Shown: in pieces, positions 11,309-21,684 of the stretch
Numbering within the stretch: the first letter of the stretch is position 1
Layout: each line of letters begins with the position of its first letter
Assembly (NCBI GenBank): GCA_022813865.1
Contig: JALDZX010000018.1
Location: forward strand, 62,001 to 126,000
Source of the DNA: Xylographa opegraphella
Lineage: Eukaryota
Direction: 5' to 3'
Length of the DNA: 64,000 nucleotides
Position numbers and translations under genes: made by a program
Notes under the pieces: generated by a model
The model's database searches: none
Seen by the model: the letters and a program-made list of their open reading frames with translations, nothing else
Told to the model about the DNA's origin: nothing

Positions 11309-12410
11309 TCAATAAGTTGCACTCAGCCTCTGTACCAAATAATCACCACAATTGATCCCTTCATACTTTTTCCCATACTTGTCCTTCTCCCATGTGCCTG
11401 GTAGGGCCTCAATCCATGTATCATAATCAGGATTGCAAAAATACACGACCGAATATCGCGCTGGATATTCGTCCACCCCGTCTTCGCTTATTGGTGGCTC
11501 TACTACACGGTGTTTCGTGCTTTTTATCACATCGTTCGTCCATCTGGCGAGCAGATCCCCGGCATTGACCACTACAGTTCCTTCGATTGGGGTGACGTCC
11601 AGCCAATCACCAGCAGAGGTCTGCACTTGAAGGCCGCCGCGCATGTCCTGGAACAAAAGGGTGATGGATCCATAATCCGAGTGCGCTCCAGCTCTTACTT
11701 GGCCTTTGTTCTTCTCGAATACTTCCTTCTTCACAAACGGATAGTGCAACAAGCGCAGGTTATTGTCACCCTTGCTTACGATCTTGTGAAAGTAATGCTC
11801 GTCGAGACCCATGCCTATAGCTATGGCGGACATTATCAGCCTATGCATCTCCTTGCATTCCTGGTAGAACCCCTCCATGGTCTTTTTGAAGTCCGCTCCC
11901 TCCAAGTCAAAGATGTGGGGCCATTGGTTCGGATGGCCATCAACCCCCTCGCGGCCAATTTCGAAGCTTTCCTTCAGATCCGGGTTACTCGACTTCTCCT
12001 TCTGCACCTCGTCCCTCGAGAGCTGGCTACTGGTCTTCTCTCGTCCCCGCGCGACGTATCCTCGGTTCGAGCTCGGGGTGGTCCATGCCAAGGCGTCTTT
12101 CTGCCACTGTTGACGCTCAAAGAAGCGTTTTGAGCTGGCAAATACCTCTGACAGTGTGGATGGCGCTATCGGGACATTCTTGAGATACAGAAAGCCGTCC
12201 TCTTCAAAGGCGGAGAGAATGGCTTTCGACGTCTCCGCTTTTGCGGATGCGGAAGCGGAGAGGAGCGTGTGGAAGTCGATGAGCTAGATGTTGATCAGTA
12301 GGTCAGTCGCGTCCCTGTATGGTGTTCGGAGTGGGCGTAATCACAGGTATGGCGAGGTTCTTGGGTGTGGTAGACGTGGACGTATCGGGGCTTGTCGCTA
12401 TTGGAGCCAT
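11309..12410 (-). CDS. T7H: Thymine-7-hydroxylase (thymine dioxygenase)-like 2OG-Fe(II) oxygenase; intron 12284-12344
   Basis: IP|LIDF start, NRGY..GREK, DLKESFEIGRE, LRLLHYP, RAGAHSDYGSITLLFQD (HxD), STKHRVVEPP, RYSVVYFCNP. Head-to-head with an IDCase gene. Confidence 0.88.
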
Positions 12411-12774
12411 ATTGGCTGGTGACCTTGAGCTCTTTCGACTACAACCTGTGAATTTCAGACACAGGATCTTAGAAAGCTACAGCCTTGATATACTATCCAG
12501 CTATCGAGAGTGCTTGTGATAATTCATGATGCGGGGGGAGCGTCGGCAGCGCTTCCACAGATAAGGGCTTCGGGTCGCTTATCGCAAAGGCGGGGGCGGC
12601 CGAGATCGGGTTGAATCGTTGAGCCGAGTCCCCGAGATCTTCAATGTGCGGATTGTTTATATGACGACGCCTACGCACTCTCTACCAGCACGCTCCCAGC
12701 CATTGGCATTAGGCACCTTAGACATCTACACCCCTCACCGCACACGCTTTGCCCTCCGCACCTCGCCGCCCACC
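12411..12774. promoter_or_regulatory. Bidirectional promoter of T7H/IDCase with HGATAR and SYGGRG sites
   Basis: GATAAG 12560-12565 faces CTTATC 12578-12583; TGATAA 12517-12522; GCGGGG at 12531 and 12590. Confidence 0.5.
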
Positions 12775-13992
12775 ATGGCGCCCCTGCTCGTGGACATCCA
12801 CACCCACATCTACCCGCCCTCCTACATCGCCCTGCTCTCCGCCCGCACCACGACGCCCTACATCGCCCAGCCCCCGCCCCCGACGCCGACGTCCCCCCTG
12901 CCCCCACCGCGGCTCATCATCCTGCCCTCGGACGACGACGCCTCCATACCGCCTTCCGCGCGCGGCCGGCCCATCGACGCCTCCTACTCCTCCGTCGCGG
13001 CCAAACTGGCCTTCATGGAACAGCACTCCATCGCCGCTTCCGTCGTCTCGCTCGCCAACCCCTGGCTGGACTTCCTGCCCGCGTCCGCCGCCGCCGCCGC
13101 CGCCCGCGCCGTCAACGATGACATGCACGCCCTGTGCGCGGCGCACCCGCGGCGGCTGTTCGCGCTCGGCGCGCTGCCCGTATCCGCGCCCGCGCCCGCC
13201 CTCGTCGCAGAGGTGCACCGCCTCGCCGGGCTGCCGCTCGTGCGCGGCTGCATCCTCGGCACCACGGGCCTGGGCGCCGGCCTCGACGACCCGGCCCTCG
13301 ATTCCCTCTGGGGCGCCCTCGAGGCCACGCAGCTGCTCGCTTTCATCCACCCGCACTACGGCTTGCCGAAGGAGGTGTTTGGCCCCCGGGCTGCGGAGTC
13401 CGGCCACGTGCTCCCGCTCGCGCTGGGGTTTCCGCTCGAGACGACCGTCGCGTTCGTGCGCATGTATCTCGCCGGCGTGTTTGAGCGCTTTCCGCGGCTG
13501 CGTGTACTGCTTGCGCATGCGGGTGGGGCGGTGCCGTTCCTGGCGGGCCGGGTGGAGAGTTGCGTGCGGCATGAGCGGGTGGGGGGGCAGGGGAGAGGGA
13601 AGAAGGACGTGTGGGGCGTGTTGAGGCGCAATGTGTGGCTGGATGGGGTGGTGTACAGTGCCGTGGGCTTGAAGGCTGCGGTGGAGGCGGTGGGGAGGGA
13701 GAGGGTGCTGTGGGGGACGGATCATCCGTTCTTCCCGCCAGTCGGGGAGGAAGAGGAGGGGGAAGGGGGGGAGGGGGAGGGGGGGTGGTTGAGTGTGCGG
13801 ATGAATGTGGAGGCTGTGGAGGGCGCGTTTCGAGGGGATAGGGCCGGGGCGGAGGGGGTGTTGGGGGGGAATGCGGTACGGTTGTTGGGCTTGGAGCTGG
13901 AGGAGAGGGAGGTGGGAAAGGGGGGTGGGGTGGGGGAGGAGGATGGGGAGAAGAGCGAGGACGACGGGGTAGAGGAGGTGGCGCTGTACTAG
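12775..13992 (+). CDS. Uracil-5-carboxylate (iso-orotate) decarboxylase, IDCase; amidohydrolase superfamily; intronless
   Basis: VDIHTHIYP, RLIILPSDD, SVVSLANPWLDF, ILGTTGLGAGLDD, FIHPHYGLP, GHVLPLALGFPLETT, LAHAGGAVPFLAGR, GTDHPFFPP. ATG context caccATGG. Confidence 0.92.
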   Translation: MAPLLVDIHTHIYPPSYIALLSARTTTPYIAQPPPPTPTSPLPPPRLIILPSDDDASIPPSARGRPIDASYSSVAAKLAFMEQHSIAASVVSLANPWLDFLPASAAAAAARAVNDDMHALCAAHPRRLFALGALPVSAPAPALVAEVHRLAGLPLVRGCILGTTGLGAGLDDPALDSLWGALEATQLLAFIHPHYGLPKEVFGPRAAESGHVLPLALGFPLETTVAFVRMYLAGVFERFPRLRVLLAHAGGAVPFLAGRVESCVRHERVGGQGRGKKDVWGVLRRNVWLDGVVYSAVGLKAAVEAVGRERVLWGTDHPFFPPVGEEEEGEGGEGEGGWLSVRMNVEAVEGAFRGDRAGAEGVLGGNAVRLLGLELEEREVGKGGGVGEEDGEKSEDDGVEEVALY

Positions 13993-15208
13993 GTCCCGGG
14001 GACTGGTCACGGAGGAGACGTGGGTCAGTAGAGCGGAGTATCGCCGCGAGTGTGGGTCGGTCTAGGGGAGTATCTGTTGATAACAACATATCTCTTCGCA
14101 GCTGGGAGGAAAAACTCGTCCTATCGAATGTGCCTGTCATGTCGCGAGAGCCTTGAATACCATGATCTTGCCGTCACGTCGCATAGGGAAGCGTCACGTC
14201 ACGCCTCGCAATCTAGCTTCCGCGCCATTTCACGCTCAGCTGTAGTAGCATGCTCGACACCTTCCCCTCATTCCACCCCCGCCCATCGATAGCGTGCGTG
14301 TAGTGCAGGTTCCAGTTCTACATAGTGCCGGGCTTGAGCATGCCGTTCACCTTCCACGCCCACTAGAAGGCACACGACAGATACAAGTTCGATAACAACA
14401 ATCTCGTTCACTCAGCTCTAATCCATCCTCTCGAGGAACACGAGCGGAACGCTCACGGGCCGAACTGATATGCCGAGCCAAGTACGCAAACAGAAAGCTC
14501 GACGCTCCATGCCGGGAGAGCGAATTGCAGCCATCAGCTGTCGGAGGTTCCTAGCACATCAGCGAAGTGGGCCGACGGTTGTGAATGAGACCGGTTGAGG
14601 GGAGCGGAATCTGCAAGCAATCGCTTCGCGAACGGAGAATCACCAGGGTCCGATCGCTTGCTGTCCGGGCAACTGGAATATCTCGGACTGTGGGGAACGG
14701 ATGGACGGTTTCGTAACACGGATGTTTATAATAGCATCTGGTGTGTCCAGGGAGGTCAAGTTGATCGGGACGACTGCGACACGGGTTTTTGTCTTCGTGA
14801 AGCGCGGTCGCGGTCGTGGGATGGATAGCGCGCTCGGACGGTCAATGCCTCGTTGGTGCTGAGGAATCGCTTCGAGTCGAGCCGGTTATCCAATTCTAAA
14901 GATCGAAAAAATCCGCTGCGAGCTCTGATTGAACGTCATGCGGGGTTGCGTTGTAATGGAAAGTCACGGCTTGATGGCTTTGATCGCTATCTCCGTGCAA
15001 TATCTGCTGACCTGTGATGCTCGCTTTCGTCCCAAAAGAGGTTGATCTCGATACATACAGGTACTCGATAACTGACGCGAAAGGAGGGTGGCCATCAACG
15101 CGATCAAAGCAAACAGATCGGCATCATGAACCACTTCTCCTCCCCAACTGGCCCTGCTGTGCACGACACTTGTCCACCGAGCCCCGATTCCAATGAAAAT
15201 TCCATCCG

Positions 15209-16759
15209 CTACTGGAAAGAAACGCTATATTCCTTCAGTTTCTGGTTCTGGCAAGAAACCTCCATCTTGAATCCGCTCGTTCCAGCGGAACTACTCTCCT
15301 CAGAGGTCAGCGCCCTGGAATCTTTCAGCGCCTTCGCCTTGCCACTCGCATTCAGGCTTTTGAGCCGTTCAGCAAACCAAGTCGATGGACCCCACCCGAT
15401 TTGCTCAGCTTGGGCTCGCAATCCCTTTATTCGCTGTGCCCGAGCGCTGGACGTGCCAGCACTCTTGGTGGCGCTCCTGGTGACACTTCGTGTGTCGTCG
15501 ACGTCACCAGTGGCGAAATGAAAGCCAGGGGTCATGTATTTCTTGCTACCTTCTGCTGAGTCCAAGACAGCACCCAGAATGTCGAGTGGAAGGCCAAGAA
15601 CATTACTGGATTCAAAGTAATCCGGGTCTGTGATGGCGGTGACCGTGATGGTGAACTCGACCGAGAGAAGAGGCCCTACGACTGGGATAAAGCCGAGGGC
15701 AAAACTCGTCAGGTTGGTAAACACGGCCAGGCCCCAGTTAGTGAACTCGTACGGCGCCCAGACCAGTTCCACGCCCAGGTTGGCGGAAACCACGTCGGCC
15801 AAATCCATATGACGATCGAACTTTACAATCACCTCGGAGTCAGCAGGATAATTCGTGATTTCATCGTTTGCGACCAGCCAAACAAGCTCGCTCTCGCCTT
15901 CTGCAGTGACCTTGTAAAGACCCATCTCTGGGTTGCGCAATTGATGTGGAAGCGCCAGATATCTATAAACCCCTTCGAGATCGAACCCCATGGTCCACTC
16001 GAACACATCCTCACCCAAGCCGGTTGTATCATCGCAACCAAGATCAACCCACTTGGACTGGGACGGGACGTGGAAGCTAATCTTTTCCCTCAGGCGGAAA
16101 TCAATCATAAGATACGAACAAATGTCCGGCAAGGCCTCGTCGCATTGCCAAGACAAGGGGAAGTAGATAGCCCGAACCGGAGTTGTCAGGTCCATGAACA
16201 TGTATTTCTCGCTCCCGAGCAGGACAGGCATGAGGCAAACCTTTTTGGGACCTCCATCCTCTGCGTCACGTATTTCGTTAGCGTTCGTATTGTTCTCATC
16301 ACAAAACCCGCGCGTCGCCTTTCCTTTCCTATCGTTGGTAAAGCTGAATCGCTGTCCCGTGAATACTACATAGTCGGTTTTCCAGACATCAGGATCGATG
16401 ACACGGCGACTCGTACGAGGATGGTCGACACCAGAGGTGCTGACGGGATTACCATGCCGAACAGACCCATTCCAGTAGGTCTCAACGAGCGCGTTGGAGT
16501 AGAAGGAACTCTCGTTAGTGGCATCGAAGCCACTGCTGTGATGGAGAACGGTTCTGTTGACGAGAACTTCGCCTTCAGGATAGGGAATCGCCATGTCGAG
16601 ACTTGCTGTAATGGTTGGTCCACGGAAGACCACGTAAAGATGATTTTTGTTAGGTAAGAAAGTTGGCTTTGAGGCTGTATGAGGGATTCCACCAGGAGTA
16701 TATAAAGTCGGATAGATCTCTCGGATAGTACAGCTGGTGTTATTTGCCTCGCCTTCCCC
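15209..16759 (-). CDS. Orphan protein (474 aa from GTG 16633; first ATG 16594); the frame stays open to a TGA at 16760-16762, so it may be 5'-truncated or pseudogenised
   Basis: Long intronless, globular-looking ORF with several N-x-S/T sequons and a C-terminal hydrophobic stretch (WGLAVFTNLTSFALGFIPVVGPLLSVEFTITVTAI). No family recognised. Confidence 0.6.
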   Translation of the reverse strand, partial: GEGEANNTSCTIREIYPTLYTPGGIPHTASKPTFLPNKNHLYVVFRGPTITASLDMAIPYPEGEVLVNRTVLHHSSGFDATNESSFYSNALVETYWNGSVRHGNPVSTSGVDHPRTSRRVIDPDVWKTDYVVFTGQRFSFTNDRKGKATRGFCDENNTNANEIRDAEDGGPKKVCLMPVLLGSEKYMFMDLTTPVRAIYFPLSWQCDEALPDICSYLMIDFRLREKISFHVPSQSKWVDLGCDDTTGLGEDVFEWTMGFDLEGVYRYLALPHQLRNPEMGLYKVTAEGESELVWLVANDEITNYPADSEVIVKFDRHMDLADVVSANLGVELVWAPYEFTNWGLAVFTNLTSFALGFIPVVGPLLSVEFTITVTAITDPDYFESSNVLGLPLDILGAVLDSAEGSKKYMTPGFHFATGDVDDTRSVTRSATKSAGTSSARAQRIKGLRAQAEQIGWGPSTWFAERLKSLNASGKAKALKDSRALTSEESSSAGTSGFKMEVSCQNQKLKEYSVSFQ

Positions 16760-18783
16760 TCACTCCCCTCCTTTGATCGTATAACTCGATGGATGTGTGG
16801 AACCGCCGTACGGCGTTGGTCTGCATGATACCCCGTTTACTCACGACCGCAAACTAGAAACAATTTGACCGGAATTCCGATTTGCCCGCTTGAAGATGAA
16901 GCAAGAGAGCAATACGAATTCGGTCCGTTCGGAGAAGCAGTGATGCAGATTCCTGAACACATCGCAACCGCACCAATAGAATCATCCAAGGTCCGAGAGA
17001 CCATACATGAAGAATGCAGGACCATCTCCAGAGGTGGGGGCTCTCCGAATCGCCTGGACATGGTAATAGTCATCAGTTCTCACGACAAACCACATTGATG
17101 GAGAAGTAGTCCCCTTGAGCGGGAGCCCTACATCCTGGAAACGAATCAACTGATGGTGAAAGATGTTTGCAACAGACAACAAAGGCGACCACGTATCGCT
17201 TTTACATTGACTGTTTCCGTCCTTCAATGGCGAAGTTGAGTAAACTGGGTACCGTATGACGAGTCCTAGAGTATCAGCCAAGGGGCTTCGGTTCGTCGGC
17301 AAAGCGGGAAGCGGCTCAGATAGGACTCGTGAATAAGGTTGCGGGCCGCCGATGATCCGAAGATCTTTAAGGTGTGAGAGGGTGTGAGAGGGTGTGCAGC
17401 GTTCTCAAGAGAATATTGGTCGGTCCAATGATACTGCCTGAGTCCTTAGAAGTCGGCCCCAGTTCAGAGTGGGGGTCCGCTGCAAGATCACAGATTCTCC
17501 GGGGAACAGGGCAATTTAGCCAGCCAGCCAGTCTCGGGCGGATGAATCCCAGTTGGTAGACGACGCCCACCAGAGCGGCAGTATCGTGAACGAGGCAACT
17601 CGTACCTGACGACGAGACGTCCTGGCCACGCACGACAGCCAACAACCTGGCCCCTCTCCAACCCAATAGCCGACCCCTCTCTTGGCCTTCGCCTTAGGGT
17701 CCGCGCCCTTGAATCAATCCACGGTGTCTCCGATGCCTGCGAGAGGTAACATCCTCCAACGCCCCCACAGCTGCAGGCCAATGATGCATTTTCCAAGGAA
17801 GCAAGATGACTTCGTGACAGTTCCGCACCACTTTCCTTCCTGCTTCCCCGCTCCAATCTCCGTTGGTAATGCTCACATGCTACGCCAGCACAGCGTTGTT
17901 ACACAATCGCCACGCCATCGTATAATTTCGCTCCCTCCTACTCCAACCCCGTACCCGACATGGCATCACAGCGATCTGCTCCTGCGCACGCCCCAACGAT
18001 TCTTCGTATAGAAGATGTACACTTCGCCGACCTCCATGGCCGTTCAAAGAGGGGGGGCCGTCGGTGGGATCGAAGGGAGGGCGAACTAAAGCGGCGGCTG
18101 TAATGAGGGTGTTCCTGTATAGTGATTGGCAAAGTCGAGGCAAATAATGGTGACCCTGGTAGCAGTGTAGGCAGGGGTCGAAGGCAGGATAAGGGAGGTC
18201 GGACTGTTGACGGCGGTGGTGCGGAGAGGACAAGGAGATATGATGTCGGAGACGGCGTGGATGCGAATGAGGGGAGGGGAAATCGGTGAGGAGTAGGACG
18301 GTTGTGGGAGATGTTGAGTTCTGGAAGATCTTAACGAGATCCCCGAGGCCGAAGAGGATGGGACATTGTGAATTCCGTGGAGAAGCAGCATTCCGGTCAA
18401 TCATAGGCAATAGGTGGACAGGAAGTGAGACCAGTGAAGAACAGCTAACTTTCGGACACTGGAGATAACTCTCGAGTCCAAATATGCCGGCAAAGGTGGT
18501 ATGCTTTGGTTTGGTAATAGCTGGTTACAGAAAATGCGGCAAGAAAATCAACCGGATTTTTTTTTGGCAAAAATAGTATGTGAACTATAACCAATTGAGC
18601 TTTTTGTAGATCCCAGATGTTGATCAACCGTTCTGCCAAGGGCGTGAGAAATGGGAAGAAACGCTTTCGGCCGTGTCACCAGCTTGGACCTAGCCGGCCA
18701 GCATATGAAATAGTAATTGCCATTCGTTACTTCTCTATAGTTGATTCCCTCTTTCGCTCGATGAGCAAATATCACCTCTCGAC

Positions 18784-20016
18784 CTATTGCTCCCTCAATA
18801 AGGGACCTCTCTTGTACGGTTCAATCACCTGGAAGTCCAAGGGAGGAGGAAGGTCATCCTGATTCCAATAGACAGTTGCACGCCTCAGCCAATGCGCATA
18901 CGTTCCCGGCACATCATCCGAGCCCTCATGCTTCCTCCACAATGACCCCAGCGTGGGCCCAAGCACCCGCAAAATCAGCCCGTGGGCCAGTTTGAAGCCA
19001 AAACTCTTCTGCAGGCACGCCTCGACGATCTGCCTGGCCTCTTTCTGTTCTTCGCTCTCCAACTCGCCCTCTTTCGGGAGCGAGAGCGACATCAGACGGA
19101 ACGCCTTCTGCCCATCCCACGCAGTGATCTCGTTGATGAGTTGCGAACCCACCATGTACTCAATGCCGTACACGTGCTCGGCGACATACTTCGGTCCGTC
19201 CCAGCCGTCCTCTTCATCGATAAGTCCCATGACCAACGAAATCACTTGTCCCTGTATGATATAGTCAGTCAATATCTTCTTCACCACTTCCGGCCCAAGC
19301 TTTTTCCCATCCTCCTCCATCGTGAGAGACGATGTCCCCATCAGAGGTACTCCTTTAAGCAATGGACTATCGTGCATTCCCTCGGTACTCTCCTTACCAC
19401 CATCAGCAGCCCACAAGTGCAGCAGAAGCTTGTGACATCGTTCAAAAAGCGGGTTATTCCGTCCAGACACAAGAAAGTGGTTCATCAGACAGCGTCCCTC
19501 GACGCCACCAGAATTGTACGAAAGTACTTCGAAGCGCGAGGAGGGATTGCCGACCGTTTCGCGCCACATACGGTCCAAGTCGCCGATCTGAAGCAGGCCT
19601 ACGTCGGCGTACACGCCACCGTACTTGAGTAGGAGTGGTAGCCGGACAAGGTCGGATGTGTGCTGAATTGCATAGTCGCCGCCGATGGTACCATCGATGA
19701 AGGCACGGGGAAAGGTGGCCGTGTCGGAGATGTCGAGAAAGCTGGCGACATTGAGGGACGAGGAGGGGAGGCGGTCGAGAACACGGATCGTCCAGCCTTG
19801 CTTGGTCAAGCGCCGGTGCCAGGCGCGGACGTTGCGCTGCGTGTATGGGTGCATGTGCGCGTAGCCGCTGTGCCAGAAGAACCAGACGTTCTTTTCATTT
19901 GAGATGGGTTTGGGATGGAGGAGATCGTGATCGACTTCGCTATCCGGGCGCAGGTCGAGAAGCTGATCGGGAATGACATGAACTCCTGCTGGGAGCGGAT
20001 AACTGGAGATGTCCAT
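18784..20016 (-). CDS. Capsular-polysaccharide-synthesis-like glycosyltransferase (Caps_synth/GT32-like); intronless
   Basis: KNVWFFWHSG, HTSDLVRLPLLLKYGGVYADVG (DxD-like), DYIIQGQ, SFGFKLAHG. ATG at 20016 (MDISSYPLP). Confidence 0.82.
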   Translation of the reverse strand: MDISSYPLPAGVHVIPDQLLDLRPDSEVDHDLLHPKPISNEKNVWFFWHSGYAHMHPYTQRNVRAWHRRLTKQGWTIRVLDRLPSSSLNVASFLDISDTATFPRAFIDGTIGGDYAIQHTSDLVRLPLLLKYGGVYADVGLLQIGDLDRMWRETVGNPSSRFEVLSYNSGGVEGRCLMNHFLVSGRNNPLFERCHKLLLHLWAADGGKESTEGMHDSPLLKGVPLMGTSSLTMEEDGKKLGPEVVKKILTDYIIQGQVISLVMGLIDEEDGWDGPKYVAEHVYGIEYMVGSQLINEITAWDGQKAFRLMSLSLPKEGELESEEQKEARQIVEACLQKSFGFKLAHGLILRVLGPTLGSLWRKHEGSDDVPGTYAHWLRRATVYWNQDDLPPPLDFQVIEPYKRGPLLREQ

Positions 20017-21202
20017 TGGGAAAATCGAAGTTGATCTTATGTCGTTTGACACAGAGTCGCATCAAAACCCAGGCGGTCTCGGCCCAACGATCAGCGATTT
20101 ATATTCGATAAACAACTTTGAGAGGGAATAGGGAGTATTGGCTTGCGCTTGCTGGAAAAGGATTTCGACGCGAATGAGCAATTGAGGTATAGTCGTTTGA
20201 GAGAGAAAAAATAGAATTGATCTCGGAACGCCATATATATAAACACAAGACGGCTGACTCTTCGTCGCGCAGATACACCTAGCCTTAGTGCATGCTTCTT
20301 AAGCTTTAGTAGGAAGAATGGCAGAAGAAAAATCCTGAGTCACACCACTATAGGCACGCTTGCACCGGATTGCCAGCAGGTTCTTTGCAGAACTTGGAGT
20401 GCGGTTGCATGGAGTCCGACGGTCTCGACCTCATTTGCACATACAGAACGCAAGTGAGATACCATGATACAGTGCCGAGCAAATCTCATCCAAATTCTTG
20501 TACCATATGCTTACAAACGGTCAATAGAGCTTCCCTCATGATGAGTCAGCGACGGGCTAAACAGGTCCTCGACTGGTACCACAGTGCAAATATTGATTGT
20601 CGGCGAAGGGAAGCATAGCGACTGCCTGCTTCGTCGTAGCTTATCCCTGATGTCAGTAGATATCTCTCTGATATCCAAGGTACCGTGCTTCGAAAGTTGG
20701 TCACATTTTATCCACTACGAGATGCTTCACCACAAAGAGTAGTCGCTAGGCCTGATGCAGGTACTCGACTCACCTCCGCCGGAATTCGCCTATTGCCCGA
20801 TACTGAAAAGTACTGCGCATGTCGGTATATTATGGGACATGCCATCACAGCCAATCCAAGCTGTGAGTGGTAACAGCTGTACGGAGTAGTTGGAGCGAGT
20901 GAGCCATATTGAGAACTACGTACAGTGTAGTGACTCCTTGCCTGTAGTTTGTCATACCGTTCCTGCTTTCTTCTACATGACTCATACATACCCACTCGAG
21001 CCACTTACCTTTACTCTCATCGTGGCAGCAGGCTTGGCAAATGCTGCAACGCTAATATCGCTAAGCCCTAGGTCGGCCTTTGGAGCCCGGCTCTCCGGTA
21101 AGGTAAGGTAGACTTAAGGTAGTTATTGAGCCATTGGGTTTTATAGAATCACTCCAACACCTTCATCACAAGATCCTTCAAAGTCCATTAACTGGCTAGA
21201 GA

Positions 21203-21684
21203 ATGGCCGATGCTGGTGACGGTGACTCTGCTCCTGTTTCAGAGCCGTTAGACCTGGTACGACTGTCCCTGGACGAAACCGTGTTCGTTAAACTACGAGG
21301 CGAAAGAGAGCTCAAGGGTCGATTACACGTATGTTAGGCTGAAAGTCTCGGAGCTTAGTTGACGAGGTGATGGTGTTGTTATTGACTATCCTGACTGAGT
21401 GTACATTAGGCCTACGACAGTCACTGTAACCTTGTCCTTGGAGAAGTTGAAGAGACCGTCTACGTCATTGAGGAGGATGAAGATGAGCAGGAGATTGTGA
21501 GAGTATGTGTCAGTCCTGTTACTGGCTCACCTTTGATGCTGATTCAATCATAGACAATCAAGAAACAATCCGAGATGTTATTTGTCAGGGGTAAGCAGAT
21601 AATATAGCTCCATCAAAAGAGCAACGTTTGACGACGTTCCTAGGCGATTCTGTTGTTCTAATTTCGCCGCAAGCGGCAGCATGA
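21203..21684 (+). CDS. LSM3: U6 snRNA-associated Sm-like protein Lsm3; introns 21329-21409, 21503-21553, 21591-21643; not in the ORF track
   Basis: Spliced product [60 protein letters not shown]...|[21 protein letters not shown]. Confidence 0.95.

Noticed and set aside
12718..14140. Long antisense and alternate-frame ORFs over IDCase (430, 291 and 265 aa)
   Set aside because: Low-complexity P/H/R-rich shadows produced by extreme GC content and skew; the IDCase frame explains the region.
17371..17396. GGTGTGAGAG repeated about 2.6 times
   Set aside because: Trivial short tandem duplication with no spacers; not CRISPR-like.
14000..21100. Possible transposon or Starship element in the accessory block
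   Set aside because: No transposase, RT, integrase or tyrosine-recombinase motifs, and no TIR, LTR or TSD seen by eye.
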